A DNA stretch of 64,000 bases, taken from Ascidiella aspersa. Its lineage: Eukaryota. The translations under genes were made by a program, and so were the position numbers. The stretch spans positions 9,796,001 to 9,860,000 of the forward strand of contig OZ004614.1 in the NCBI GenBank assembly GCA_963924565.1, written 5' to 3'. Each line of letters starts with the position of its first letter. Within the stretch, counting starts at the first letter, position 1. Positions 36,635 through 51,266 of this stretch are shown here, piece by piece. Under the pieces are notes generated by a model. It had not been told where the DNA came from. It saw only the letters and a program-made list of their open reading frames with translations, and made no database searches.

Positions 36635-36701
36635 ATGATTTGTAATCGTTATATGATGATTTGTAATCGTTATATATCAAATGATTTGTAATCGTTATAT
36701 G
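36635..36701. repeat. Short tandem repeat, about 21-25 bp x3
   Basis: atgatttgtaatcgttatat repeated three times. Confidence 0.85.
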
Positions 36702-38724
36702 TATTCGCATTATGAACACAAACCTAATTCTACAGTTTGACTGTAACAATGGAATTTTCATTTAATATTTACCGCTCATCCCTATCGAGCTTATACAATA
36801 AATAGGTGATGTCCCGGTCGCTTGTTAAACAAACCGAATCCCATCAATCCCATAAAATATCTTACAACAAGGACCAATTTTAATTGTAAGATTTCGGTGT
36901 GAAAAAAGTGAGTTTTGCTTTGCCTATACATTTTTAAATATGCCTCTTGCAACTGTAAAACGCCGCGAGTCACGAGTCCGGCGCTTGACCCTCTAGCAGG
37001 GTCGCCTGCGTTGTACAAATCTACAGTGTAAATACACAAAGCACGGAAGCGAACTGCCGAAAATCGTCGCTCCTTTTCGAGCCCGACCTCGCCTCCGTGA
37101 CCGCGAATAAACTGCGCAAATGTGGCTTGTGTACTCGCTGTATACGGGCGCGGAAATATTTCGCGGTGCAGACGCAATGACGAGGCGTTTTAGTCTTCAC
37201 CTGATTAAACCTGCGGCTAATTTACCAATAAACGAACGCGCCCGGGCGGAGTTGGGAAAGTTGGGCAAAAATTCACACTCGGTTAATGACCTTTTTAGCA
37301 GCTGTGTGTCTTGTTTTGGCGACTAACAGTAACGAAAGCAGCCCCGCCCATGACACGCCTTCCCCGCCAACTTAGACTCGAAACTATTTAAACCAGTACA
37401 TGGTGACTTCGATCCCGACCGGCTAGAAATATACCAGTTGCGGTTTCTTTTTGGCTCAAGGGAAAAGGCGCGATGTTATTGTTAGGTTAGCGTTAAAAAG
37501 GAAGGGCCTAAGCATTTCTTTTTTTGTTTCTGCTTCGTGTTAGAATGTGAAACATCCAGGGCGAAACCGTATCTGAGGTCGCGTTACGAGAAACGAGATA
37601 TGGCCAAGGCAAAAATGTGACGTTTTTGATAGCAAAAGCCAATGTAAAACTGATATCGTTAAATCAGATTGCGCTGTCGACAAAATACTATGTTCTTCTT
37701 AAAATGTATTTTATGTCAATGTTAAAAGTTTGTCATAAAATGCTTGGAAAAAAATATTATATTTTTTTCAAATATTAAGTCATCAATCCAACAAATCTAT
37801 ATCACACAAAAGCACAATGCAATCATGAAAAATGAGGGCTATTTTATAACTAATTTGTCGCCCATAAAAAAACGGCTACCAGCCAACATTAAAATTAATA
37901 CGCTACATAACGTAATTTAAAACCTAATAGTTTACAAATCAAAATTAGCACACCCGTTATCACGCCCATGTTTATCCGCCTTCTATTTTTTCATTGCAAA
38001 AGCATACCCATTTTAGGTATTACGAATGTCTCCTTTGGACGCAAGTTCTAAAAACACGGGTAAAAAATTAGAAGTTCTCAAATTGAAAGGCACGTTCAGG
38101 GTAGTGTGACATAACGGTGTCACGCCGCAAACCTTCCCCTAAGCAATCCGTGAGTAAACGGACTAGCCTTTATTTAAATTGTTCCTTAAAAAACGCGCAC
38201 GACTGAAGACAACGTCTGGCAACCTTTAAAAAAAGAAGCGAAGTCGAAGGTGCACCTAATACAGCCCGACGCTGCGTGTAAAGTCAAAAGTAAAATCGGG
38301 TCAGTACTGCGCAGACCTGACCTTGGCAGACAAGTTGTTCACCTGAATAGTAACACCAAAGCACGACGTCGTGACACTGCGACCGTTACGTATCGTCTCA
38401 CTGGTCACGTAGGGGCCATTAGGTCAATTAACCTTGCCATCTAGATGTTCCCTTATAAGCCGCCCTCTCCCCAAATAGCTGACGGCCTATAACGAGACCG
38501 TATGGGAGAAAGTGCCCAATAAAAGGAACCGCCGATCCGAAATAGGGTTTCCGCGAAGGTGTTGGCTGTTTGGGACGAGGCGCGACATGAACGTCGTAAG
38601 TTTTTCTCACGATTCGGTGACATCGAAATGTTCGATGTGTGGATGACTACACGTGGCTTTTCGGCTTGCCTGTCACTTCTAAAATGTGTAGGCTAATCAG
38701 TACAATATGCTGTTGCTGCCAGGC

Positions 38725-38848
38725 ATTGTTTCAATTGTAAAATTGTTCAATATATTGCCCTGAAGAAGATTGCCCGAATAGGTGGTCGAAACGTTGGTAC
38801 TTTAAAAAAAATTTACCGGAAGAACAATTTGACAACTGTGTAATCAAT
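38725..38848 (+). mobile_element. Penelope-like pseudo-LTR remnant with minimal hammerhead ribozyme motif
   Basis: tgcc-CTGAAGA-a-gattgcc/cgaata/ggtggtc-GAAA-cg-tt-ggta; short inverted copy of the downstream sequence lies upstream. Confidence 0.65.
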
Positions 38849-39104
38849 AGCTTCGGAAATTATGTCCTGAATAACAAAAGTGGCCCATTTGGCAAATTAA
38901 GTACCGTAAACTTTTTAAGGATTTTTATTCAGGTAAAAATAACGATGAAATGGTCGCTTTTAACAGTTCAACCGTCTGTATGTGACGGCCCAAGTTCTAA
39001 AGTCGTACGAAACATCGACATAAAATTTCACATATCAACACAATATTTCAAATTTTAGAAGGAAGTAAAGATTTCGCATCTTCAAATTTTAACTTACAAG
39101 CAAG

Positions 39105-39170
39105 GTATGGAATCGAGCTCGCGACCTTGGGCATTGAGATACCACCGTTTATAAGCGGTCTGCTCATACG
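39105..39170 (-). mobile_element. Degenerate tRNA-derived (SINE head-like) sequence
   Basis: Minus strand agcagaccgcttataa...aaggtcgcgagctcgattcc resembles A and B boxes; no intact cloverleaf. Confidence 0.35.
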
Positions 39171-39363
39171 ACGTAACATTCATGTATTGCGCTCTGAGTT
39201 TTCTTGTTGATTAGAGGTGACTCATTTCATGCATTGTTTAGCACTTCGGAATTTTTCTTAACAGGGATAGATTTATAATTTTGCAAATAGCCAAGAAGCA
39301 AATTTTGCTGCGCAAAGGGATAGTGCTGATGAGCACAGTACAGAGGGAACACTGTTTATATTA

Positions 39364-39507
39364 CAGCAGTTCTCACCAGAAGTCTTACGATATATAACAC
39401 CATAGGTTGCGTGAGAAAACGTGGAATACCAAAATTTTAGTTAAAAAACGTTTGGCGTTTCATGACAAAAAATGGGTCTGGCAAGTCAAAAAGGCTGAGA
39501 ACAACTG
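39364..39507. mobile_element. Short hAT-like MITE
   Basis: cagcagttctca ... tgagaacaactg; TSD degenerate. Confidence 0.55.
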
Positions 39508-42500
39508 TCTTATTGCTTAGGCGCCAACGTTTGCTTATATTTTATATGTCTTCTTGACACACTAATATAGGCGGCCAGTTGCAACAGCAGCCCGCAATCT
39601 TGCCAATATTTGATTTTAACTGCGATATCGTTCGTTTTGAACTTCTTACAAACATTTTCACTCTTAAGAAGATTCAATTTTGGTTAGCGAATCAAGATAG
39701 GTGCTTCTTTCCCAAGGGGTTGGTACGGCTGTAAATAATGGCACTGTAATTGTAAAAATAAACAAGGTCTGTAAAAGGCAGACAGGACAGTTCGAAAAGT
39801 TACGTCGAAGGCACTATAGACATAAAATGTCATTCTTGATTTATAGAGGTCGTATATTTTGTAGTTACACCCTATGTAGGACTTTTATTTGACTTTAGGG
39901 TGTTTTATAGTCCGCTAAAGTTTTCAGCAACTGCAAACGTAACTTTATTTATTTTGGCATTAGAACCCTAAAGAGTTTGTGCTTTAATTAGTTTAAAATA
40001 ACATTAAAACATGTAACCAGTGGTTCGCATTTTTGGGAAGTATTTTACTGCGATTGTAAACTTTGATCAAAGATCTGCTTTTAGAAAATCAGGAATATTG
40101 AAACGGGTCATTTTTTGTTAAACTCTCCGCAGAAAAACTTTCCAATCCAGCAGGGGAAAATTGGATTCCGTAGTTTCAGAAATTTCACAGGGCCCTACAT
40201 AACACACAGTGGGTTATTTAAATAGCTTTTTCCTCTGCCAAAATTGTCTGAGAATTTGTATAGCTCGAGGCTTTCGCCATTTGTGTATCCGGAACAACAC
40301 ACGGAACTTCGGTATTCTGGGACTTTTAAGACCCGTAACCAGTATTAGTTGAACCTAAATTGGCGTACAGCAAAGGATGGCGACGTGCAAATTTGTCGGG
40401 CAATTTGCAAGTTAAAAAGGTAGTGTCGCAGATGGGTTTCCGAACATTCGTGCCCGAAAATCAGAGATTACACGTCTTAAAGCGAACTGGCGTCTTTGAG
40501 GTAAATGTTAAGGTGAACCGTGTTTGAGGTGAATCCTAAGGTGAAAAGTTTGCCGAGATCTGACACATACAACGAGTAAAGTATGAAAACTCATCTCTTT
40601 TCCAACTTGACCATTTTTCGATAAAACGGCGAATGAAAAAAACAAATTATAATGCAGCTAACAGCCATTCACTTTTGTTTATTGACATATTTCCTATTTT
40701 TAAAGCCGAATATCGCCCGGAAGTTCGCCCAAAAGATTACAGCGCGATAAAAGCGCAAAGTTGTCGGAAAACAATTATAAGTTTGCAAAAAAGGTAAAAA
40801 ATTTACCCTTCAACCCAGGAAATCGATTACCCTTAGCTCTCTCTCGCGATCTTACCGTTAATGTTTAGTACAAGTCACGAGTTGATTTGCAAATTTTCAA
40901 GGACTATACCGAACAAAAATAATGGTAACAATCCATGTGACCAGTGTTTTTTTTAAGGTGTTTTGGGAAAATTTTTCAAATTTCTTCAGCGGTTTCCCAA
41001 ATTTTGGACTTGCAACTTTTTGGTATTTAAATGAAACACTTGCGGTCTCTTAAAACTACTTAGCGGTCACCCAAACCAAACCTAAAAAAAAAACCTGCAT
41101 GTGACAATAGCGTTAGCGTTTTAAACTTCGCTCAGCTTGAAAAACAACGGCAGAAGTGGAACACGCCAGGTTGGAGGAAGCTGACTATACGAACTCAGTA
41201 AAATATCGTCACCTATATCACCGAGGTATTAAACAGTGCTGACCCTATATTTGGACAACCCTAAAGTTTAAAAACTAAATGATAAGCGTATATCAACTGC
41301 GATATTCAGTCATTTAATCCAAATCATATCACGATTTCAAGAAACTGCTTTTCAGGAGGCCACTTGAAATTTAAAAAACGCACAGCTTGACGTTTCGCTT
41401 TGCGATTTCTGTGTTAATCCGGAACTTTGCAGACGTAAGGTCAAACTGTTGCGCATTAGTCTTAATCCAGATCTCGAGAAGAATGCGTTTGCTCACGACA
41501 GTTCGAAAAAATGCGCACACGTCGCAAAAAAACCTGCAAAACTCGATTGAGTTTGGCAGACTTAGACATTACCTCACTTTTACAGGAAACAACAAGCAAT
41601 CGACATTCTTTCAAATATCAGATTGTGAACAATAACACACCTGTTTAAGTTCGCATATAACAAATCACATTTAGCCGAGATAGAAAGAGATGTCAAGCGT
41701 TAATTGTGGCCCTCGGTTTTGATTTACAAGCCACATAATGCTGTAATAGGGCAGCTATAAATAGTACGAAACGACGGTGGAAATTAACGACGGCAAAATG
41801 CGACAGCCGTTTCACGAAATTGCATGGTGAAACAGCTCCGCTACCTATATAAAAAAAATCCACCGAATTTGGGATTGTTCTGAAAGTGGGCACAAAATTC
41901 GGAAAACTTTTCACAGTGATTTCTCACACGTAAACTACAGATCACCCCTATACTACCATTTCCATTGTCTTCCAGCAATCATCATTAAGGTGATCGCTTA
42001 CATCATTTAATAAACTTCTTGCTTTTTCCTTTAAAAAGATAGTTCAGGTCAAATATAAGAGAAAAAAATTGGAATACAATTGCGATGGAAACTTCATGTC
42101 GTAAAGTGCATTCTCTTATATATTGAACCTAAACTATCGTTCGAAATGACAAAACTGAAAGTTTAACAAATAATTTAAATAATCAACTAACTGATGATGG
42201 CTGAAGTTCAAACCAAGTTTGTCAGCAAACTATGTGTGACGTATTTACTAAAAACTAACCTTTCCTTTACTTATGTTTCAGGAACCCTTGTTTTATTGGT
42301 AACAATTATGAAGATAATATAAAAGAAACATTATTTTAACTCGTTCAATCAATGTTTAGAACTTTAGAAGCCATAAGTCAATGTTTAACGCTTGATTGCG
42401 ACTTTTCGGCTGACACCATTAAACGTATTGCTATTTTTGTTTGCCACCTTAGCTTTTCGATTTGTTTCTTTGATACCGCAGCTATACTTTTGGGCACAAA

Positions 42501-45500
42501 GGGCACAAATGGCGCCAGCTAAATAACAGTTTCCCATACGGCTTTCCCAGAACGGGTCCAACTGCTCTCTCAAGAGATCTTTCGTCAAGAAAAGATCATC
42601 TAGCGTATTTTTTGCGGTAAACAGTCGCGCGCAAAGTCATCGACAAAAGCGCTTTGCGGGCCAGGACACGATTTAAAAGGCCAGGCGAATAGGCCACCGG
42701 CGCCGCGAGATTCCTGGCGAAATTGCGGCCTCCTAATCCGTGACGTCACGAACAGCGAACTCGCTCGACGTGCCTCAGCACACGCGATGTCGGATTCCGG
42801 GGTTCACCGCAGCACGGGTCCGTCTGTTGCCGATCCGCTGATGTTGTTATCACCTCTGGTGCTACGGCGTCAGCTTTAGCGGCCGACTCGAGAGGTTAAA
42901 TAAGGTGTCAAGTCCGGCTAATCGCCTGTCTGCAAACACGAGAAGTTTTGCTGTCGGGCTGTTTAGGCACGCGGTGTTACGGAATGCTGCTGGTGCGACT
43001 GCACGCCAGAGAGAAGAGATTGGACAGAGGAAAATAGCCTCGTCTTATTTAATTGCAGCTGTCGGGGATTGGACACGGATTGTCGACGAGCTCCGCGAAT
43101 TGCGAGGCGGATTTGCGACCGCAGTCAACACTCCCTGTCGAGCCTTCAATTTGGCCTTCGATCAAAACCAACGGCAGCCGGCCGGACTGTTTCTGCCCTT
43201 ATAAGGAGATCGTGATTGCCTGTCCATTTCGAGGCATATCGGCTCACTTACGAAGGCCTTTGCAATTAGTTAAATCGGCACCGAAGTAGAAATCAGTGGC
43301 GGGCAGAGGTTTGGCCAGGCCCGACGCCAACATTATAAACCTGTGGCAATTATATAACCTTATAAGAAGACTAGACGACCAACAAATAATTCTAGTTTCC
43401 CAACTCAGTGAATTACGGCAAAATGTGACTAATTCTAATATATATCGTGTTGCTTGTGCGATGTAAATTATATTTCTAATCTAATTCGGATTTTTACAAA
43501 AAATCTATTTTGTCTAATATAATATTTAGTCTCTCAGTCGAAACAACAGATTGGAAAAATATTCTTTGGTTGGAACACGAAACAACTTGATTTTTACAGT
43601 CTGATAAGTGTAGGCTATGTTAAAACGTATAAAAATCGTCACACAAATATTTACTATACACATTCTCATAAGAACAAACTGCGATTTAAATTAAATTAAT
43701 TGTGAATAAATATTATTGAATGTATTTTCTAGTTCAAATTCTTGAAGAACTCCATGTTTCTAATTCTAATCTAATTTGAGAAACCTAAAATCATCTAATT
43801 CTAATTGTAATCTAGTATAAAAAAATTCGAAATAAACTAATTGTCCAAGTCTGCTTATAAGTGGTTATATGCTCTAGAATAACTTGGGCATATGAATAAC
43901 GTTTTAAAAAGTATAAATGTATGACCTGCGGTTAAATAATTGTTAAAGCAGCCTACAATAACCGAATAATTGGCCCCCACGTGGCCAACAAAATTAGCAA
44001 CATGAAAAATGAATTTTACTTTTTCTTTTCAAGTTTTAAATATGTTATCTCATATACTCGCAAAAATAACCCCCCATTTTTTTCAATTTTAATTCCGGGG
44101 CAATCAATCACAAGTTAAAAACCACTGTTCTAAACTGTTGTTATCTTCAAAGTTACCTCGACTTTTTTCAGTATATTCGAGATAAGAGCAGATCTAATTG
44201 TTTGAGAATCATCAGGCAGATCCGAATACTCAGTTTTGATTTATTTTCTTAATACAGTATACTCGTTTATACTTGCCGACTAATCGTTTGTATTGTGGGT
44301 TGATTCCGTTAAGAGTTATACAAAGGACGGTAGCTTACGCATGTCCCTCCTCTATTCGTCAATTTCCAAAACGTTTTTTTGAAACCGTTTTTGTGGCAAA
44401 CTTTCAGTCAATTTTTGATGGACGATATAATTCGCTATTTAATCATTCTTGTTAATGAGCTAAAATCACTTGTGTGAAATATTTTCTGCCATGCGAACCC
44501 TGGAGGTCTTTCGGCTAACCGTATGAGTTGCTGTTTTGAGGCTATAAATACTGAGATCTAAGCTTTAAATTTAGTAGTTATAAAGGCGCGTAAAAAATGT
44601 AGGTTGTTAGGGTAGACTTAGGGTAAAGGAAGTCGAGAACCTATATAGGTTAATTAAATACACTTTGGGATTTTACCAGCCCATTATCAGTGTGGCATGA
44701 TGTTGAAAATGATGCACTGAAGTTGCAAGGCGTTTTGCTATATATTCAGATACATTAATTGCGGTTTAATCGAACATGGTGCGATGTAGTTTCCCGCAAT
44801 TTCCATTCGGCCAATAAAACTGTATAACGTGCCGTGAGTTAGATCCAAACATATCACGTAGTGGCTGATTGCTACCGAAATGTTGCGACGATCAGCGTTT
44901 CGTGCAAAGTTTACAACTTTTACGAGTTGGACAACCGCCGCTGCGACATTTCGACTGAAAGGACAGGCTAAAGGCACGAGACAAAAAAATGCAAAAAGGT
45001 ATATTGCGACATCTGTTGCAAGCATTTTTCATACGCGAGGAGAATACTTTATCCGACGTGCATCAAGGGCTACGGATTTATTGGATAACGGTTCAAGCAA
45101 AATCAAACAGTTTCTTTAACTAAAGGCCTTTTTTAAGTAATTTTTGTTCGGTGAAAATCTATGAGTTTTTATTTACAAATTCCTTATTTCAGATTGGTAA
45201 TATATACATTCGTCAGGAATTCTTATATACTATAACAAATACAGGTCGTTATATTGCTCTATAGATTGTTTTTACAAGTTTTCGTCGCAATTCTGCATAT
45301 AAAGATATTATTTTACATAAGCGTCTTCGTAGCAAGTTTGAAGAAAAAATATAGAAAAACTAAAAAAAAGATCCCTGCTGCAATTTGATGCCACTTAATC
45401 CTGACATTGTACAGGTTCCTTACGAAACAAAAACGAAATTTAGTTTTTTTTTAGTTCTTATTTGTAAATTAAATAGCATTGTAAATAAAGAAACTTAAAT

Positions 45501-48500
45501 ATTAAGATATTTTACCAAAAGGGCAATCGCGATTACGATAAATCTATTGATTTTAATTATACAATTTATTTAGATTTCATCTATAAAATGAGGTTTTCCA
45601 AAGAGTTATTTTTTCATAAATATTGGGTATTGTGAAAGGCGTTATAGGTTTACAATCATTTCTTGAAGGGAGAATTTTTCGAAAAACGTTATCTGCCAAC
45701 TAAATAATATTTGATGGGAAAAGAAACGGAAATAAAAAGAATATTAAATTAAACATTTTGAAAAACATAGAATTGCTAGGGTGGTTGTGTTTTGGCTGGT
45801 GAAATAATTTTTTTTTTCGACCGAGTTAAGCTTTAGTTTATAAATATTGACACTCCTTCGTATATATCTACAGTCTAGCAAACTATAGGAAGTTAAACAG
45901 CCCTTTTTCAACCAATGTTAATCACATCGCTGGCGAAAAACATGCTTTGAAAAATTCCAAGTATAACTATTGACATAAAACGTAATCCATCAGTTCTGAC
46001 AAAAATATTTGTTTTAAACCGAATAATGGCGTCTTGATACTAAAAACTACTTTACATGCAAATTTCTGTGTCTGAATTGAAGAAATGTTGTGTTGTTAGG
46101 TCACCCTTAATTTGAAAGGTTTCACACCCCAAATATGGGAAGGTTATTTATGAATAATATAAAAGCCGTTATCGGCGTCTGTCAACCTTTATTAGGCCCC
46201 GACCTAAAATGACCCCGAATAAGGCACAGACGAACCACGTACTACATCACGTAAGAAAGCGAACCCATATGAGATTGGAACTCGCATTGGATTGTTTTAC
46301 TTATATTACAGTAATGGTCGTTTATTCACGGGCTGATAACATATTTTGAATACCGTTTAAAATACAATATTTCCCATCAAACGATACCTTGCATTGACAA
46401 CGTTATTTTAAGCAGTTCGTAGGGTACAACTTATAGTTGGTGGGACTTTGCACGGTCAACCGTCTCTGTCGAGTAACAGAAAATATAAGAGTTCATGGGA
46501 TAAAATACTACAGCGTCCCCGCTAAATACTAGCCAAACAAGTCAGTACGGCAAATCGTATAGAGCTGTCAAAGGACGCTTAAATAAGATAGAGGAACAGT
46601 ATAAGATAGAGGAATCGATAGAGGAACAGTACAGACTTTACAGTGCAGTAAAAAAAATGTAGAATTTAACTGAAATGCTAATTTCAGTCGGCAAATAAGC
46701 GGTTTTGGTTGAATTTCGAATATGCTATTCTAGAGGAGATGAGGTTTAACTTGTTATGGGAAATGGTTTAATCCCGAACATGCCCTGGATTACATCCGCT
46801 TGCAGACAAACAAAAAGCAAGCGGAGCGCACGCATAACACAAAATCGTCAGCAGTCACGAACATGTCAAATTTTGGTAAAAACAATAGAACTGACAATAC
46901 TGCTGGCCCTTTTAGCCTGGTCCACCTTATAAAAATCCTTTTTTTCAACGGGGATTGTTGTTAATTTTTTGTAATCGTTTATAGGACCACTTTGAAAGCA
47001 CCATACCGGTATACTCACCTGGAAGTTTTAAAAATAATAACAAATAGGGTTATTAAAACGCCGAAACCACTTTTAAAGTGATTGTGTTCAAACTGACCAA
47101 AACCGGTAATACTATCCTTCGACATTGATTATAATAACTCGGCAATAATTGTTTCGAAAGGAAGTTATTCGACCTAATATTAATATAAATCTAGTCCCAA
47201 ACTAGCTATGTTGAAGATGGCACTGATTCTGGGGTACATTATGTAGATTTTCGGCAAGTAAACTTTTTACCATTTGTATTCGCCCGGGTTAGGCCATTTT
47301 CCTTTTATTTGGCTGAGCCGTAAAAGTGTAGGTACTTTTATTTAAAACATTGTACCCACTTTTTAAAATCGCGCTTTTAATCCAAGTTTGTGGATTTCGG
47401 AAACAAAATTTTAATTGAAATAAAACGAAAGTTATTTCATATTCGATAATAATGTACTCGACCAGCAATCGCGCAATATTTGTTGCTAGGCGAGCATGTT
47501 CAATTCCCCATCGTTAAAAGTACAATTACAGGTTACAGGTTTTTTTTTTAACTTTTCGAGAGTGCTCCATTATTTCACACTATATACTTTTTATACCGCC
47601 GGCCGGCATTTAGCCAAGCAAGCACTTAAAAACGAGACGCATTCAAAAAACGGTTGGCGCGCCAGTGTGAAATGCGTCTGTTACGTGAAGGAAGAATTTC
47701 CCCAGAAAATGATCCGAAAATGGCCACCTGAATTCGGGAATTCCCCACGAGGATCCAAAACGCACCGGTACGACTAGATGCCCTTCAAGAGACTGCTGGC
47801 ATCTTAATCCGCATCTGGAAAAGACCGTGAGTTACAGCCTACAGTTTACAGTGCCACAGACGCGACTAGATTCCGTGGTACGCCACAGTGTGTCCTCTTT
47901 TTCGGGATTTTTTTGACCGTAGTCAGCCGACATGTTAGCTCAAGAGGTTAAATACGGAGCGTAGGCGAGCTAATTGACTGTTCCTAATGCGCTCGTACCA
48001 AAATAATGTCATTGTTAAAGTGCCATCAAAATCGTCCGCGTGTAGAGAAAAAGCGTTGTAACAATTAGGTGTACGATGGCTGCAATTTTATGTGACCGCA
48101 ACGTGAAAAAGTTTCCGATTTCAGAGCTCTGCCGTTTCTATAAAATGTTTAGAACCACTGGACTTTGGCTAACAAATAGTTTGGTTTTGTTCCGAGCCAT
48201 TCCTTATCCAATATGCCCATTTGTTTTTCCAGACCCTTTATTTAATAAGGTTACAAAAACGGACCTTTAAAATAAAAACAGATAAACAAAGACAACGACA
48301 TGACCTCCATATCATTGTTTAGGTTGTGTTTTAGGTTGTTAAAATCACTTTAAACAAAATCAGTATTATGCTGTATTACCAGTAATGACACGGTTAAAGT
48401 TTTTTAAAAATAGCTTCGTTTGATTCAAATCAATGCTGGTATATGTGTTGGATTTTGATTCTAATTTTTGCTTTCGAACTTAACTTGTGACAGTTGAGTG

Positions 48501-49658
48501 TATAGCTATATGATAAAACGCAAAACGGAAACGCCCGTCGTCCAAGTTGCTTACACACGAGCAGAAAAAACTGCATAGTTTCTTCGCCGGAAGAGCCAAT
48601 TGACAGTTTTAATTGGAGTTGTCGCCTATTTAACGAAAACGACGGCGACCTGTCAGCATCTGCGACAGATTTACGTCCCACAAAGATGCCTGAGTCAATC
48701 AACGCTCCTCGACAAGCCCGTAATTTGCTTTTCGCCAAATTAACCGCCGGCCTGAAGTGTTCAAGCCTTTTGAGGAAACAACAAATTGCGAACCATTTTC
48801 GGGCATATTAGCGTCCGCAGCCAAGACAGTTAATCAATGATGTGAATAAACCCAGCTGCAGCTTAACGTTTACGAGGTTATGGTGCCTCATCATCTATTT
48901 AATAGATTTTGAATGAATGTATGTTTTGCCAACTTTCGAAATTGTTTGCCAACTTTCGAAATTGTTTGCCAAGTTTCAACATCCTGACATAATGAACCAT
49001 TTTTTTTGTCGATTAAAAGCTCGCATTTTCGAGAGTGCAATCATACAATTAAAGCCAGAGTTTTATCGGGTTATCTGAGTTTGCACGGAGGTTATGCGGT
49101 TTGATGAATCATTAAGCATGTACTGGCGCATCCCAATGCACTATGCACCCTCATAACGAGTCAATAAAATTCTTCCGCCACAAGCCAAGATCGATTGGGT
49201 TATATCACGCGAGCTCGCTGCGGTCAAAATGCCACGAGGGTTGTTGAATTTTGACAGGCGATCAGTGTGTTAAGTTCACAGCGTTGTTACAAGCTTTAAC
49301 GCTCTGTATCAATGTATATCGATCGAAAGGGCAAACGAAATGCCTTCGACGAGATGCAACTTGCCAGTGTCGCCTCGTACGTCCAGTATACATGATTTAA
49401 ACAATTTCAAAAGCAGATCTCAAATATTGTCTTTACTTTGACATTTTTGTCGATATTTTTATTAATTTTATTTAAATGAAGTCTTAACAGTTCGCCCTAT
49501 GAATCCATCGATCCAAAGGGTCCATGTTGGCCTTTAGAAGGGTTCCACAGGATTTTCGCAGCGATAAAGATCATGTTTTTAATAGAGATCCGTGTATTTT
49601 ATGGTCAATAATTCTAATTTATTAAAGCTATACTAATCATGTAATGGGTTTCTAAATA

Positions 49659-49829
49659 GGGTAGTCAGGTTGCAGTATATAAAGACACTTTGTAATGAAT
49701 TCTCGACAAGCTTTCGCACAACCGTGCTTGGCCCTGAATTTGTAGTTTAACCTGATGAGGTAAGGTTTTGCGAAAGCTTGTCAAGATTTCAATACAATGT
49801 GTCTTTATATAGTGCCACCTGATTATCCC
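49659..49829 (+). mobile_element. Penelope-like inverted pseudo-LTR pair with minimal hammerhead motif
   Basis: About 65-bp inverted arms; ttaac-CTGATGA-g-gtaa/ggtt/ttgc-GAAA-gc-tt-gtcaa. Confidence 0.7.
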
Positions 49830-51235
49830 ATTATCAAATTTAGTTTCCGTATATGCATTAATAAGATAAATATTGGGTTGAAACCCTATGTTGGCTTTAT
49901 GGTGTATACTGGCGTCCTTTATTAATTACGCCATTGGCCAGAAACAGGAGATCAGACGAACAATTGGGACCTGTTAACATTGGTCAGATAAAATTAGCAT
50001 TTACACCAAGTGATGTCACACGCTACTGCTACAATCAGTATGACTCAATACGCGTCCCAATATTTTTTGTGTTGGGTCAATACGTGCCACCTTTCTCATT
50101 AAAAGCATCGGCAGTCGATCACGGTTCTATGCCTATCAAAATCAAATCAAACCTCTGGTTTATTTTTCCAGAAATCAGTAGAAAATACAGTGCAATGCAG
50201 TCGCCATGGCACGTTCAGGGTTTGTCAATGGACCGATATCAATAAAATCAGATGTAGCAGACAGTTGGAATACCACATGCCCTCCTTATAAAGGACATTC
50301 CCGTTTTTTAAGCAAACAAATTGCTGTATTTTTGGGGCAGAACCTTAGCGGTGGGCGGTTATCTTTCGGTCGTGAGGCCTATTATCTCAAATGGACGTAA
50401 AAACTAGCATAGAAAGACAACCATCTTTCCAATACGTGACGTCTAAATAAATAAACTAGCGTTTTCGGAATTTTCGAGACTGCATGAATTTGGTGACTCA
50501 GAAATTTGAGTTCCAATAGAGTCGCGACCGAAATTCACGTTAAGTTAAAATATAACCAAATGCTCATTTAACAATATAGTATAACACGCATTACGAACTG
50601 ACAATCGGCGAGATATTGGCGACGATTTGATACTTTATGAGATTCCATTTAATTACATAACGTGTCCATTTGCGCGTTTTCAAATTTTAAACAGTGCGGT
50701 TCAAATCAAGGCGAAGTCATTTTGCCTGGCCTCTGGAATATATTTAACTCAATAAAATATTATTTCCAATCAAGTATCATTAACCTACTAAACAGTAATA
50801 ACGTTTCAATTGTTTGGTTATGGCAGTGGCACTCAACCTGTGGGAAAAGAGCTGGTTTCACAATTGTAAGGGTTAATTTTAACAATAAAATTATATATCT
50901 AAACGTTAAATAGCACAATGAAGTGTCAACCTTTAAATGTTTAAACATGTAATGTTAATCTGAATTCAAATTTGAGGCCACATTAATGTTGTTCTTTCTA
51001 AATGATTGAACGCCAAAACTTCATAAGTTTTGACCTGGTTATTTCAAACCCGTGAAAAACAAGTGTTCTTCGGGACATGGGTAGTCCAGCAGTGCGAGGA
51101 ATCAAGATCAGACATTTTATAGAGATGTTAATTTTTTATTTTGTTTTATTTATTCTGCCTATAACTTTATTTATATTTTTATTAATTGTGATTAAACTTA
51201 ACACTGCTTTCCTGGTTTCCTCAGATAAATTGAAG

Positions 51236-51266
<31 letters not shown>

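Noticed and set aside
40495-40550. AGGTGAA cluster resembling T-box sites
   Set aside because: Explained by a ~28-bp tandem duplication.
42191-42225. CTGATGA possible fourth hammerhead
   Set aside because: GAAA core and stem II are not intact.
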